Shown here in pieces: positions 1-7,460 of a stretch of DNA of 13,837 bases (the stretch's first letter is position 1; every line of letters begins with the position of its first letter). Location of the stretch: the NCBI GenBank assembly GCA_043811375.1, contig JBDRNJ010000080.1:1-13837 (forward strand), read 5' to 3'. The position numbers and the translations under genes were made by a program. The notes below the pieces were generated by a model. It was not told the DNA's origin. It ran no database searches and was given only the letters and a program-made list of their open reading frames with translations. The DNA comes from a bacterium (GTDB taxonomy: Bacteria; Zixibacteria; MSB-5A5; GN15; FEB-12).

Positions 1-662
1 TTCTCCATCAGAGCATGACCCATGAATGCCAGCCGGGATTCCTTGCCTTTCCCCTTACGATACAACCGGGCATCCGGGTCAGTCGTGGACTCATGAGTAT
101 CATTGCGACGCTTCTCACCATGAAAATCTACCGAACGATTATGACCACCCTCAGAGGAAGAATCGTGGCCGTCGTCCTTCGGACGAAAACTCTTCATCGA
201 GGCCCAGGCGTCAATCAATGTCCCGTCTACCGTGAAATGCTCGTCCGATAAAAGACCAGCTTCTTCCGCCCGAGAAACAACACTCGAAAAAAACGCACCC
301 GCCAGATCAGACTCCAGAAAACGATCACGGTTCTTCGTAAATGTCGAATGATCCCAAACCACATCATCCATCGACAAACCCACAAACCAACGAAAAAGCA
401 TGTTGTAATCCAACTGCTCCATAAGCATCCGCTCACTGCGAATCGTGTACAATACCTGAAGAAGCAAGGCCCGAAGAAGACGTTCCGGCGCTATCGAAGG
501 TCGACCAGTATGGGAATACATTGAGGTCAACTCACCTGATAAACCGGCCAGAATCCGGTCTACCATCCGACGAATCGAACGTAATGGGTGGTCCTCGGGA
601 CCCCGGGATTCTAAGGATACATAACTGAACATCGCCTGCTGATCATCATCGGTGCCGCGCAT
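1..662 (-). CDS. IS5-family (DUF772 + DDE) transposase, N-terminal ~220 aa; runs off the window
   Basis: Not in the ORF track because it has no stop in the window. Manual translation from ATG 662 gives MRGTDDDQQAMFSYVSLESRGPEDHPLRSIR...GRPSIAPERLLRALLLQVLYTIRSERMLMEQLDYNMLFRWFVGL...VWDHSTFTKNRDRF...HFTVDGTLIDAWAS...NDTHESTTDPDARLYRKGKGKESRLAFMGHALME. The frame is open throughout. Confidence 0.92.
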   Translation of the reverse strand, partial: MRGTDDDQQAMFSYVSLESRGPEDHPLRSIRRMVDRILAGLSGELTSMYSHTGRPSIAPERLLRALLLQVLYTIRSERMLMEQLDYNMLFRWFVGLSMDDVVWDHSTFTKNRDRFLESDLAGAFFSSVVSRAEEAGLLSDEHFTVDGTLIDAWASMKSFRPKDDGHDSSSEGGHNRSVDFHGEKRRNDTHESTTDPDARLYRKGKGKESRLAFMGHALME

Positions 663-757
663 TGCTGGACCCTCTCATATGGAGATCGTTTTGATCCCCA
701 ACAATACCCCAATGATATATAAAATTCAGCTAAAATGAGGAGTTTTTCAACAGCCTG
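1..757 (-). mobile_element. Insertion sequence (IS5/IS1182-type DDE), left end; truncated by window start
   Basis: Transposase ORF on the minus strand. The end reads CAGGCTGTTGAAAAACTCC inward from 757 (IR-like) and abuts CTAG at 758-761, a typical target tetramer for such elements. The other IR is outside the window, so the exact end is inferred. Confidence 0.8.
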
Positions 758-761
758 CTAG

Positions 762-770
762 TGGTATAAT
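762..770 (+). promoter_or_regulatory. Extended -10 element (TGnTATAAT), candidate promoter of the ATPase
   Basis: TGGTATAAT at 762-770 is a perfect TATAAT preceded by TGn. It lies immediately after the IS end and upstream of the ATPase starts (TTG 785, ATG 797, ATG 815). Confidence 0.55.
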
Positions 771-784
771 AGAGGAATATCTTA

Positions 785-3460
785 TTGAAACAGTGTATGA
801 GTGAAAATAAAACTATGAAGAACGACTGGCACTGTTTGTCTGCAGAACAGGTCTTTCGTGTTACAAAATCTTCCGCTCAAGGTCTTTCCTCCAAGGAAGC
901 GGCCACGCTCCTCTTGGAAAAAGGTCCGAATGAACTGGTAGAGAAGCCTAAGAGAACTCTTTTCGCGATGTTTCTTGATCAGTTCAAGGATTTCATGATT
1001 ATCGTGCTCATTGTTGCCGCAGTTATCGCCGGTCTGACCGGTGATGCGGCGGATGCCATTGCCATTGTGGTAATTGTCATCCTGAATGCCGCGATCGGTT
1101 TTGTCCAGGAGTTCCGCGCGGAAAAAGCGATGGCTGCGCTCAAGAAAATGGCCGCACCCGAAGCCACAGTGTTGAGAGATGGTTTGATGGCTACAGTACC
1201 GGCGTCCTCCCTTGTCCCCGGGGATCTGGTCTTTCTTGATACTGGGAAAATTGTGCCTGCCGATTTGCGGCTTACCGAGGCAGTCAACCTGAAAATGGAG
1301 GAAGCCGCACTTACCGGAGAGTCAGTCCCGGTTGAAAAGAATACCAGCGCAATTTTGGAGAAAGGTCTCCCGCTAGGCGACCGAAGGAACATGGCATACA
1401 AGGGCACTTTTGTGACCTATGGTCGCGGAACTGGAATTGTTGCGGCGACCGGGATGGCTACTGAGATCGGAAAGATCGCGAAAATGCTTCAGGACGAGGA
1501 CGAGGTAAAAACACCTCTTCAAAAGAGGCTGGCTCAATTTGGCAGAAATCTCGCCATCGCGATACTCGCCATATGTGCAATCTTCTTTATTGCCGGACTT
1601 TTGAGAGGTGAGGAGCTTATGCTCATGCTCCTGACAGCAATATCTCTCGCGGTAGCGGCAATCCCTGAAGCTCTTCCTGCGGTTGTAACAATTACTCTGG
1701 CGCTTGGTGCCCGCAAATTAGTGAAGCAAAATACGCTAATTCGAAAACTCCCGGCGGTCGAGACCCTCGGTTCGGTAACCTATATTTGCTCGGACAAGAC
1801 CGGTACGCTAACCATGAACAGAATGACCGTAGAAGAGTTGTACCTGGAAGGGAGTACATTTACAAAAAGTGAACTGAATAAACAGGCTCATGGTCTGGGC
1901 AATGATAGTATTCTATTAACGGCGATGGCCTTGAGCAACGATGCATCGATCGATAAAGATGGCAATATCATTGGTGATCCGACAGAGACGGCGATCTTTT
2001 CGCTTGCACGGAAGTGCGGCTTCGATAAAGGGATTCTTCAGAAAACATTCCCAAGAATCGCAGAATTTACATTTGATTCTGACCGAAAGCGCATGACCAC
2101 CATTCACCGATGGAAAAACGGAACGTATATTTCTTTAACGAAAGGAGCTTTGGAGTCTCTCTGTGAACTGTCCAGCCATACTCTGACGCTGGACGGCTTC
2201 AAGCCGTTCGACAAGAGCGCAATTCTAACGAGTGGTGAACGCATGGCGGCCGATGGTCTGAGAACGCTTGGCTTCTGCTTTCGACATTGGGACAAACTAC
2301 CTGATAACTTAACTCCGGAAATCGTTGAGTCAGGACTCACCATGTTGGGAGTTGCGGGGCTGATGGATCCGCCTCGAGAGGAAGCGGAAGAGTCGGTGGC
2401 CCTGTGTAAATCTGCCGGCATCCAGCCCGTGATGATAACCGGCGATCATCCGGCGACGGCCATGGCTGTGGCCAAAAGAATCGGAATCGTGGATAATGAA
2501 TCGGAAGTGGTTATAACAGGTTCCGAACTCGAACAAATCTCTGATCAAGAGTTCGACGAGCGCGTGGAACAAATTCGTGTCTACGCGAGAGTAGCTCCGG
2601 AACAGAAATTACGGATCATTAAGGCTCTTCAAGATAGGGGTCAATATGTCGCCATGACCGGAGACGGGGTTAATGATGCACCATCCCTGAGAAGAGCAAA
2701 CATCGGTGTCGCGATGGGTATCGCAGGAACAGACGTATCAAAAGAAGCCGCCCATATGATTCTCCTGGATGATAACTTTGCGACGATTGTAAAAGCAGTA
2801 AAAGAAGGGAGGCGCATCTTTGACAATATCCGCAAGTTCATAAAATATACAATGACGAGTAATTCAGGAGAACTTTGGACATTGTTCCTTGCTCCATTCT
2901 TAGGACTGCCAATTCCTCTATTGCCCATTCACATTCTGTGGATCAATATCGTAACAGACGGTCTTCCGGGTCTTGCCCTCGCCGCGGAGCCGGCAGAACG
3001 TGGAGTCATGCAGAAACCTCCAAGACATCCCCAGGAAAGCATATTTGCCCATGGTCTTGGAGTTCACATAATCTGGGTTGGACTTCTGATGGGTCTTGTA
3101 ACCATAGGTTCTCAGAAGTACGCGATCAGCGCTGGAATTGATAACTGGCAGACGATGGTGCTCACTGTGCTGTGTTTGAGTCAGTTGGGACATGTCCTTG
3201 CTATCAGATCAGATAGTGAATCCATTTTCAAGCGGGGGCTACTATCAAATAAACCTCTTTTGAGTGCGCTTATATTTACCTTTGGTTTACAGATGGCAAT
3301 AATATACATACCATTTCTGAATCCTATTTTTCACACGGCACCGTTGACACTCAAAGAACTGATTATCACTCTTGCTCTTTCATCGGTAGTGTTCTTTGTG
3401 GTGGAGGTAGAGAAATTTGTTGTAAGAAGGAATTTTAGGAACAGAGAGAATAGAACATGA
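785..3460 (+). CDS. Cation-translocating P-type ATPase, type II (probably Ca2+-transporting, PMR1/SERCA-like)
   Basis: Motifs: TGES (A domain), AIPEALP (TM4), CSDKTGTLT (phosphorylated Asp), KGALE, MITGDH, ARVAPEQK, MTGDGVNDAP, TM5 TSNSGE, TM6 LWINIVTDGLP. About 890 aa with a ~10-TM layout. The true start may be ATG 797 or 815. Confidence 0.95.
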   Translation: MKQCMSENKTMKNDWHCLSAEQVFRVTKSSAQGLSSKEAATLLLEKGPNELVEKPKRTLFAMFLDQFKDFMIIVLIVAAVIAGLTGDAADAIAIVVIVILNAAIGFVQEFRAEKAMAALKKMAAPEATVLRDGLMATVPASSLVPGDLVFLDTGKIVPADLRLTEAVNLKMEEAALTGESVPVEKNTSAILEKGLPLGDRRNMAYKGTFVTYGRGTGIVAATGMATEIGKIAKMLQDEDEVKTPLQKRLAQFGRNLAIAILAICAIFFIAGLLRGEELMLMLLTAISLAVAAIPEALPAVVTITLALGARKLVKQNTLIRKLPAVETLGSVTYICSDKTGTLTMNRMTVEELYLEGSTFTKSELNKQAHGLGNDSILLTAMALSNDASIDKDGNIIGDPTETAIFSLARKCGFDKGILQKTFPRIAEFTFDSDRKRMTTIHRWKNGTYISLTKGALESLCELSSHTLTLDGFKPFDKSAILTSGERMAADGLRTLGFCFRHWDKLPDNLTPEIVESGLTMLGVAGLMDPPREEAEESVALCKSAGIQPVMITGDHPATAMAVAKRIGIVDNESEVVITGSELEQISDQEFDERVEQIRVYARVAPEQKLRIIKALQDRGQYVAMTGDGVNDAPSLRRANIGVAMGIAGTDVSKEAAHMILLDDNFATIVKAVKEGRRIFDNIRKFIKYTMTSNSGELWTLFLAPFLGLPIPLLPIHILWINIVTDGLPGLALAAEPAERGVMQKPPRHPQESIFAHGLGVHIIWVGLLMGLVTIGSQKYAISAGIDNWQTMVLTVLCLSQLGHVLAIRSDSESIFKRGLLSNKPLLSALIFTFGLQMAIIYIPFLNPIFHTAPLTLKELIITLALSSVVFFVVEVEKFVVRRNFRNRENRT

Positions 3461-3552
3461 AATAGTTGCTAATACTGATGACGTACCCACCATATTTCAG
3501 TCCAGTTCGCAAGCCGAAAACGGATTGGAGGAACTTCGTTGCCCCTATCTCT

Positions 3553-3781
3553 TTGTGACCAAATCGTGACCAGAATGGTGTCACGTTATTTGGTGTTATT
3601 GGGAGTTATTGCAGGGCGGACGGGGGTTCAAGCAAAGAGACCCCTCTGGCCGTTCTCGTAACTGCTTAATTGTCAATAAATCACATGAAGTGGAGGTGGG
3701 GAAATCGAACAGGCATCGCCTGCCTGACGCCCATACTCGCTTTGTGGCACAAGGACTTACACCCTATTGTGACGAAATCGT
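3553..3781. repeat. att-like repeat copy A (left arm + tmRNA/tRNA 3'-end core + right arm)
   Basis: Left arm TTGTGACCAAATCGTGACCAGAATGGTGTCACGTTATT from 3553. Core GTGGAGGTGGGGAAATCGAAC at 3690-3710. Right arm CCCATACTCGCTTTGTGGCACAAGGACTTACACCCTATTGTGACGAAATCG. 3561-3590 matches 12841-12870 at 29/30 positions. Confidence 0.9.
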
Positions 3782-3818
3782 AGTGTTCTCCAATGCCAAC
3801 AGCCATGAACCTGTCTGA

Positions 3819-4943
3819 TCACCATTCCCAAAACCAGGTGGCATTGTCTGTGTAGTATTTGATATAACGTGCAGTGCCGGTCGCTGAGTCGGCTGTTGCA
3901 GTCAAAACCGAATCGTAACCCACCGGATTCAAGTATACCTGAACAATTTCATCATCGTTGGACTCGTAGTTAAATTCGCTTACCAAAGGCGCCCCAAAAC
4001 GAAAAAGGTTCTTTGCCATGTAGCTCTTGTACTGGACAGGGTCATGAGGCGTACCGTTGTAATCAAGGTCGTCGTTCACAACCAACGAATCACCGTTCAC
4101 CAGGGCTTCACGCACCTCCCATGGGCTTAAGAGTACCCCACTCTTGTTCGCGAAATAGCCATCATAGGTTGGATCCATGTACAACCACTTTTCCAGTGAA
4201 TCCGACCACATCATATTCACTACGTGGGCTTCCGTGTCCTGCTTGTCCTGAGGCAGGCAAGTAAGATAGCGTGACTTCAGCCCCACCGCGAGGCAGGCCT
4301 CGTTGAGTACAATTGCCATCATGCGGCAGTTAATGCCACGTCCGGAATCGGCGCAGACTTTGAGAATGTTGAGTGCGTTACGCGGTAATGGACCCGTGGC
4401 GCTGCCGTCGTGACGCACTGCCGTATGTACCCATCGAGTCAAGTTGATCGCGCGGCTTTCATCGGATCCATGACCGGCAATACTATCGAGATTGTACATT
4501 TCGCGGAATCGTACAAGGTTGGAATCATCAGGAGATGAATACTCGAACGGTCCTATCTCGGTCACCGGAGTATCGCCGAATGATGCGAACTCACGTAGTA
4601 TGGCGACTCTCTCATCCAGGTTGTCGTCAGTCCTAAGAAATGCCATTATGAGGTCGAGAGTTATCGACGGACCCTCTAAGACAATGGGTACGAACGGAAT
4701 GGTGTTGTATAAGACCAGCGAATCATCTGCTGTATAGAGAGTCAGCAATTTGGCGTCCCAAATCCGAAGGGTGTCGTGATTGTTCAGGGCACTCAGTGGA
4801 ACTGAGTTGCTCTGACTGCCTGAGGAAATTCTCAGAGTGTCGGCTGGCAGCTTCACGTGAAGGCTATTTTGAACCCCCGAGGCCTGGCCGGCAGCCGTCA
4901 TATTGCACGCTGCAACCAGGAACAAAACTAGATATCTTATCAT
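3819..4943 (-). CDS. Transglutaminase-like (Cys-His-Asp) domain protein, secreted or lipoprotein
   Basis: Catalytic triad pattern GINCRMMA...HVV...W...WLYMDPT. Start reassigned from 5030 to ATG 4943, which has an AGGAG SD upstream. This gives an N-terminal signal MIRYLVLFLVAAC with a possible lipobox (VAA-C). Confidence 0.85.
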   Translation of the reverse strand: MIRYLVLFLVAACNMTAAGQASGVQNSLHVKLPADTLRISSGSQSNSVPLSALNNHDTLRIWDAKLLTLYTADDSLVLYNTIPFVPIVLEGPSITLDLIMAFLRTDDNLDERVAILREFASFGDTPVTEIGPFEYSSPDDSNLVRFREMYNLDSIAGHGSDESRAINLTRWVHTAVRHDGSATGPLPRNALNILKVCADSGRGINCRMMAIVLNEACLAVGLKSRYLTCLPQDKQDTEAHVVNMMWSDSLEKWLYMDPTYDGYFANKSGVLLSPWEVREALVNGDSLVVNDDLDYNGTPHDPVQYKSYMAKNLFRFGAPLVSEFNYESNDDEIVQVYLNPVGYDSVLTATADSATGTARYIKYYTDNATWFWEW

Positions 4944-5074
4944 ACGTCTACTCCTGTAGGAAGTCGGGTGAATAAACTCCGCCCGGAATACCAAGACAAC
5001 ATGGACTTGGTTGCGTATACGCATGGACACTGTGATTGTTTCCCTGTGCGATAATATGCAACAAGTTTATTTGC

Positions 5075-5160
5075 TGGAGGTGGAGAAACGAACCCCATAC
5101 TCGCGTTGTGGCACAAGGTCTAACACCGTATTGTGACCAGATTGTGACCGTTTTTCGGCC
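5075..5160. repeat. att-like repeat copy B (core + right arm only)
   Basis: TGGAGGTGGAGAAACGAACCCC (5075-5096) followed by ATACTCGCGTTGTGGCACAAGGTCTAACACCGTA-TTGTGACC-AGA-TTGTGACC-GTTTTTCGGCC. No left arm is visible. Confidence 0.9.
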
Positions 5161-5264
5161 TTCTCAGAGTAGATTGACCTTCCCCCCTGTATCGTGGTCC
5201 TGCTGAACACACGACTGAATTCCATTATCATGCATTTCATGGTATCATTATATTGCTGTCACAA

Positions 5265-5293
5265 TGTAACAATCAGCAAGAATCGTAGTCTTA
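5265..5293 (+). promoter_or_regulatory. Candidate ECF-type autoregulatory promoter
   Basis: TGTAAC (5265-5270), 17 nt, GTCTTA (5288-5293), directly upstream of the sigma ATG at 5302. The AAC...TCT spacing matches sigmaE-type promoters. Confidence 0.4.
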
Positions 5294-5301
5294 GAGGTTA
5301 G

Positions 5302-5874
5302 ATGAGAAGCTATAACCAGCAACACAACCGCTTCTACGAACTTTTGGAGCCGGAGTTGCCGCGCCTGCAGGCGTTTTGTCAGAAGCTGACCGGCGACCCT
5401 GAAACAGGTAATGACCTCATGCAGGACGCCCTGTATGACGCCTGGAAGGGTTTCGGACGCCTTCGACAGGCCATGGCTTTCAAGTCCTGGCTCTATCAGA
5501 TCACGGTTTACCGGTACCGGACGAATCTGAGGAAGTTCAAGAAGCGGGTAGACTCGACTCTGCCGCTGACTCACGATGTCCCAGACGAAGCACAGTCGCG
5601 CCTGCAGAGTGCTCGCGACAGACTGAGCCTCGCAATGACATGCCTGTCGGCCACAGACCGAGCGCTGGTGACACTTCATGAACTGGAAGGATGGTCATAT
5701 TCGGAACTAGCAATGATGTTCGGCAGCAACGAGGGAGCGCTGCGGACGCGACTTACACGCTGCCGACGCCGGATGCGAGAGACGTTGCAGAAGCATATTG
5801 AACGAACGAATGAGGATTCATTCACAATCGGAGTACGCCAAAAATGGTTTGTCGTGAAGCAAAGAAGAAGCTGA
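5302..5874 (+). CDS. ECF-subfamily RNA polymerase sigma-70 factor
   Basis: 190 aa. Region 2 reads NDLMQDALYDAW...FKSWLYQI. Region 4 HTH reads LHELEGWSYSELAMMFGSNEGALRTRLTRCRRRMR. It overlaps the downstream anti-sigma gene. Confidence 0.93.
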   Translation: MRSYNQQHNRFYELLEPELPRLQAFCQKLTGDPETGNDLMQDALYDAWKGFGRLRQAMAFKSWLYQITVYRYRTNLRKFKKRVDSTLPLTHDVPDEAQSRLQSARDRLSLAMTCLSATDRALVTLHELEGWSYSELAMMFGSNEGALRTRLTRCRRRMRETLQKHIERTNEDSFTIGVRQKWFVVKQRRS

Positions 5875-7169
5875 TTAGGCTCGCGGATGGCCTTCTGGCC
5901 ACCGATGAAGAGAACGCTCTGCGAGAGCACTTGAAGGAGTGTCCGAGCTGTGCGCGATTGGCTTTGGCGGAAGAGTTGCTAACGCACGACATTGAGCAGA
6001 TTCGTGCCGTGCATGTGCCTCATCCGATGACTATTAACCAGATTCGTGAAGAGATCGCCGCTCGCGAGAGAAACCTTAGGAACACGAATATAGGAGTACG
6101 AATCATGCGACAAGTTAGTGACACAGTTTATAGAAAGCCGCGGCTCAGTCTGGCGACAGCTGCGCTATTCATGCTGCTGCTGGCAAGTGTCTTGGTGCCG
6201 GTAAGAACGGAGCAGCCGGTCGGATATGAAGTTGCCTTCGCGGCGCCAGCCAGCGGCCTGATGCTGATTCAGGAAAACGCCGAAAAGATGCTGGCGGCGC
6301 TGGACATAGATGATGCCCTTGTAGAGGTCAGCGAAGCCGACTCCGAAATCGAGTATAGAATCGCGCCGCTGAAGGATTCCGCCCAGGTGCGGAGGCTGAT
6401 TGCGGCGCTCGATTCGCTCGGAGGTCGGCGGGTTCGGAGCACAGTAGCGCCAACCGAATCCAAGGACCGGACAATCTGGCAACTACTACTCAACGATTCC
6501 CGGCCTGCAACCGATGCCTCACCCATATATGTTCATACCGAAAAACGCGCTAGTTCTGCTACCATTGACCTCAAAAAGAGATTCAAGGACGACTTCATCC
6601 TGTGGATGCCGGTCGGCGATCAAGCAGGTGACAGCCTGCGCGGTCTATTGCTGGACAGGCAAGGGGACAAGACGAACATCCAAATCGTCGGCGAGCGTGC
6701 TGGCACGTCCACCGATGATTGTGGCTGGCATCAATACCTGAATAACTCGGTAATGCATACCCAGACCCCTGATGGGGAACAGGGGACCTTTAACCTTTAC
6801 GAGATCGAGGATGTACGCAAGCTGGAGAAGATGGGCTACAACTTTGTGACGATGACATGGGACACGCCGGGGCAAGTTCCCATCCCCGGCATGGGACCCA
6901 AGTTGAACGAGATCAATCCCAAAACATTCTCCGAGAAGACTATTATCGAGTATATGGTCCCGCAAGCGTATGAAGTCCAGTTACAGATATTGGACAAACG
7001 CGGGCGCGAGATCCGCAACCTACTTCAATGTATGCCGCTCGCCGGGATATATCATGTCACCTGGGACGGGTTGGATGCCGACGGCAATCCGGCCAAGCCG
7101 GGGACATACTTGTGCCGGTTCATAGCAGGGGATTATGTGGAGACTCAAAAGATAGTACTCAAGCGTTAG
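5844..7169 (+). CDS. Zinc-binding anti-sigma factor (zf-HC2) with one TM helix and a C-terminal FlgD-Ig/T9SS-type-A-like domain
   Basis: N-terminal C...DG.L...HLKECPSC (HxxxCxxC). TM segment LSLATAALFMLLLASVLVPV. C-terminus IEYMVP...VQLQILDKRGREIRNL...AGIYHVTWDGLDADGNPAKPGTYLCRF. GGAG SD before ATG 5844. Confidence 0.85.
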   Translation: MVCREAKKKLIRLADGLLATDEENALREHLKECPSCARLALAEELLTHDIEQIRAVHVPHPMTINQIREEIAARERNLRNTNIGVRIMRQVSDTVYRKPRLSLATAALFMLLLASVLVPVRTEQPVGYEVAFAAPASGLMLIQENAEKMLAALDIDDALVEVSEADSEIEYRIAPLKDSAQVRRLIAALDSLGGRRVRSTVAPTESKDRTIWQLLLNDSRPATDASPIYVHTEKRASSATIDLKKRFKDDFILWMPVGDQAGDSLRGLLLDRQGDKTNIQIVGERAGTSTDDCGWHQYLNNSVMHTQTPDGEQGTFNLYEIEDVRKLEKMGYNFVTMTWDTPGQVPIPGMGPKLNEINPKTFSEKTIIEYMVPQAYEVQLQILDKRGREIRNLLQCMPLAGIYHVTWDGLDADGNPAKPGTYLCRFIAGDYVETQKIVLKR

Positions 7170-7172
7170 CCC

Positions 7173-7244
7173 TGTAGGGCAGGTCTGTCTTCAAACCTGC
7201 CGTTTTCCCCAAAAAGGCGGATTCGAAGACGGATCCGCCCTACA
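7173..7244. repeat. Inverted doublet of GTAG-family REP sequences (REPIN-like)
   Basis: GTAGGGCAGGTCTGTCTTCAAACCTGCC (7174-7201) and an inverted copy GGCGGATTCGAAGACGGATCCGCCCTAC (7216-7243). Each has a 5' GTAG and a perfect 7-bp stem. Confidence 0.8.
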
Positions 7245-7255
7245 ACTGGACTACA

Positions 7256-7365
7256 TGGTGGAGGTGGGAGGAATCGAACAGGCATCGCCTGCCTGACGCC
7301 CATACTCGCGTTGTGGCAAAAGGACTTATATCCTATTGTGACCACATTGTGACCGTTTTCTGGCC
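7256..7365. repeat. att-like repeat copy C (best-preserved tmRNA/tRNA 3'-end core + right arm)
   Basis: 7256-7279 reverse-complements to G-TTCGATT-CCTCC-CACCTCC-A-CCA (T-loop, 3' T-stem, 3' acceptor strand, discriminator A, CCA). It is followed by the shared right arm with TTGTGACC at 7336 and 7347. Confidence 0.9.
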
Positions 7366-7402
7366 GCCGGTTGGCGTCGGACGAGGTCACACCAACCGGC
7401 GG
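7364..7402. other. GC-rich hairpin between convergent transcription units
   Basis: Perfect 11-bp inverted repeat CCGCCGGTTGG / CCAACCGGCGG. There is no U-tract 3' of the stem on either strand, so it is not called as an intrinsic terminator. Confidence 0.6.
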
Positions 7403-7460
7403 GAAAAGGAATCTTACAAAGAATCGAGGTGATCACCCCGATATTCAAAGCCAAAGCGGT

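Noticed and set aside
281..300. Frameshift at the A7 run in the transposase
   Set aside because: The run reads TTT TTT TCG in frame, and translation continues into the conserved DGT and TDPDA motifs.
3470..3570. Remnant of an integrase C-terminus next to left arm A (...GLEELRCPYLFVTKS*)
   Set aside because: The position would fit, but no catalytic H/R/Y motif is recognisable without invoking frameshifts. A TBLASTN/BLASTX search would be needed.
7256..7340. Intact tRNA or tmRNA gene on the minus strand
   Set aside because: Only the T-loop-to-CCA 24 nt is present. Upstream sequence has no complementary 5' acceptor strand, D-arm or anticodon arm, and the T-stem is interrupted.
7364..7402. Rho-independent terminator
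   Set aside because: The stem is strong, but no U-tract follows it on either strand. It is kept only as a hairpin.
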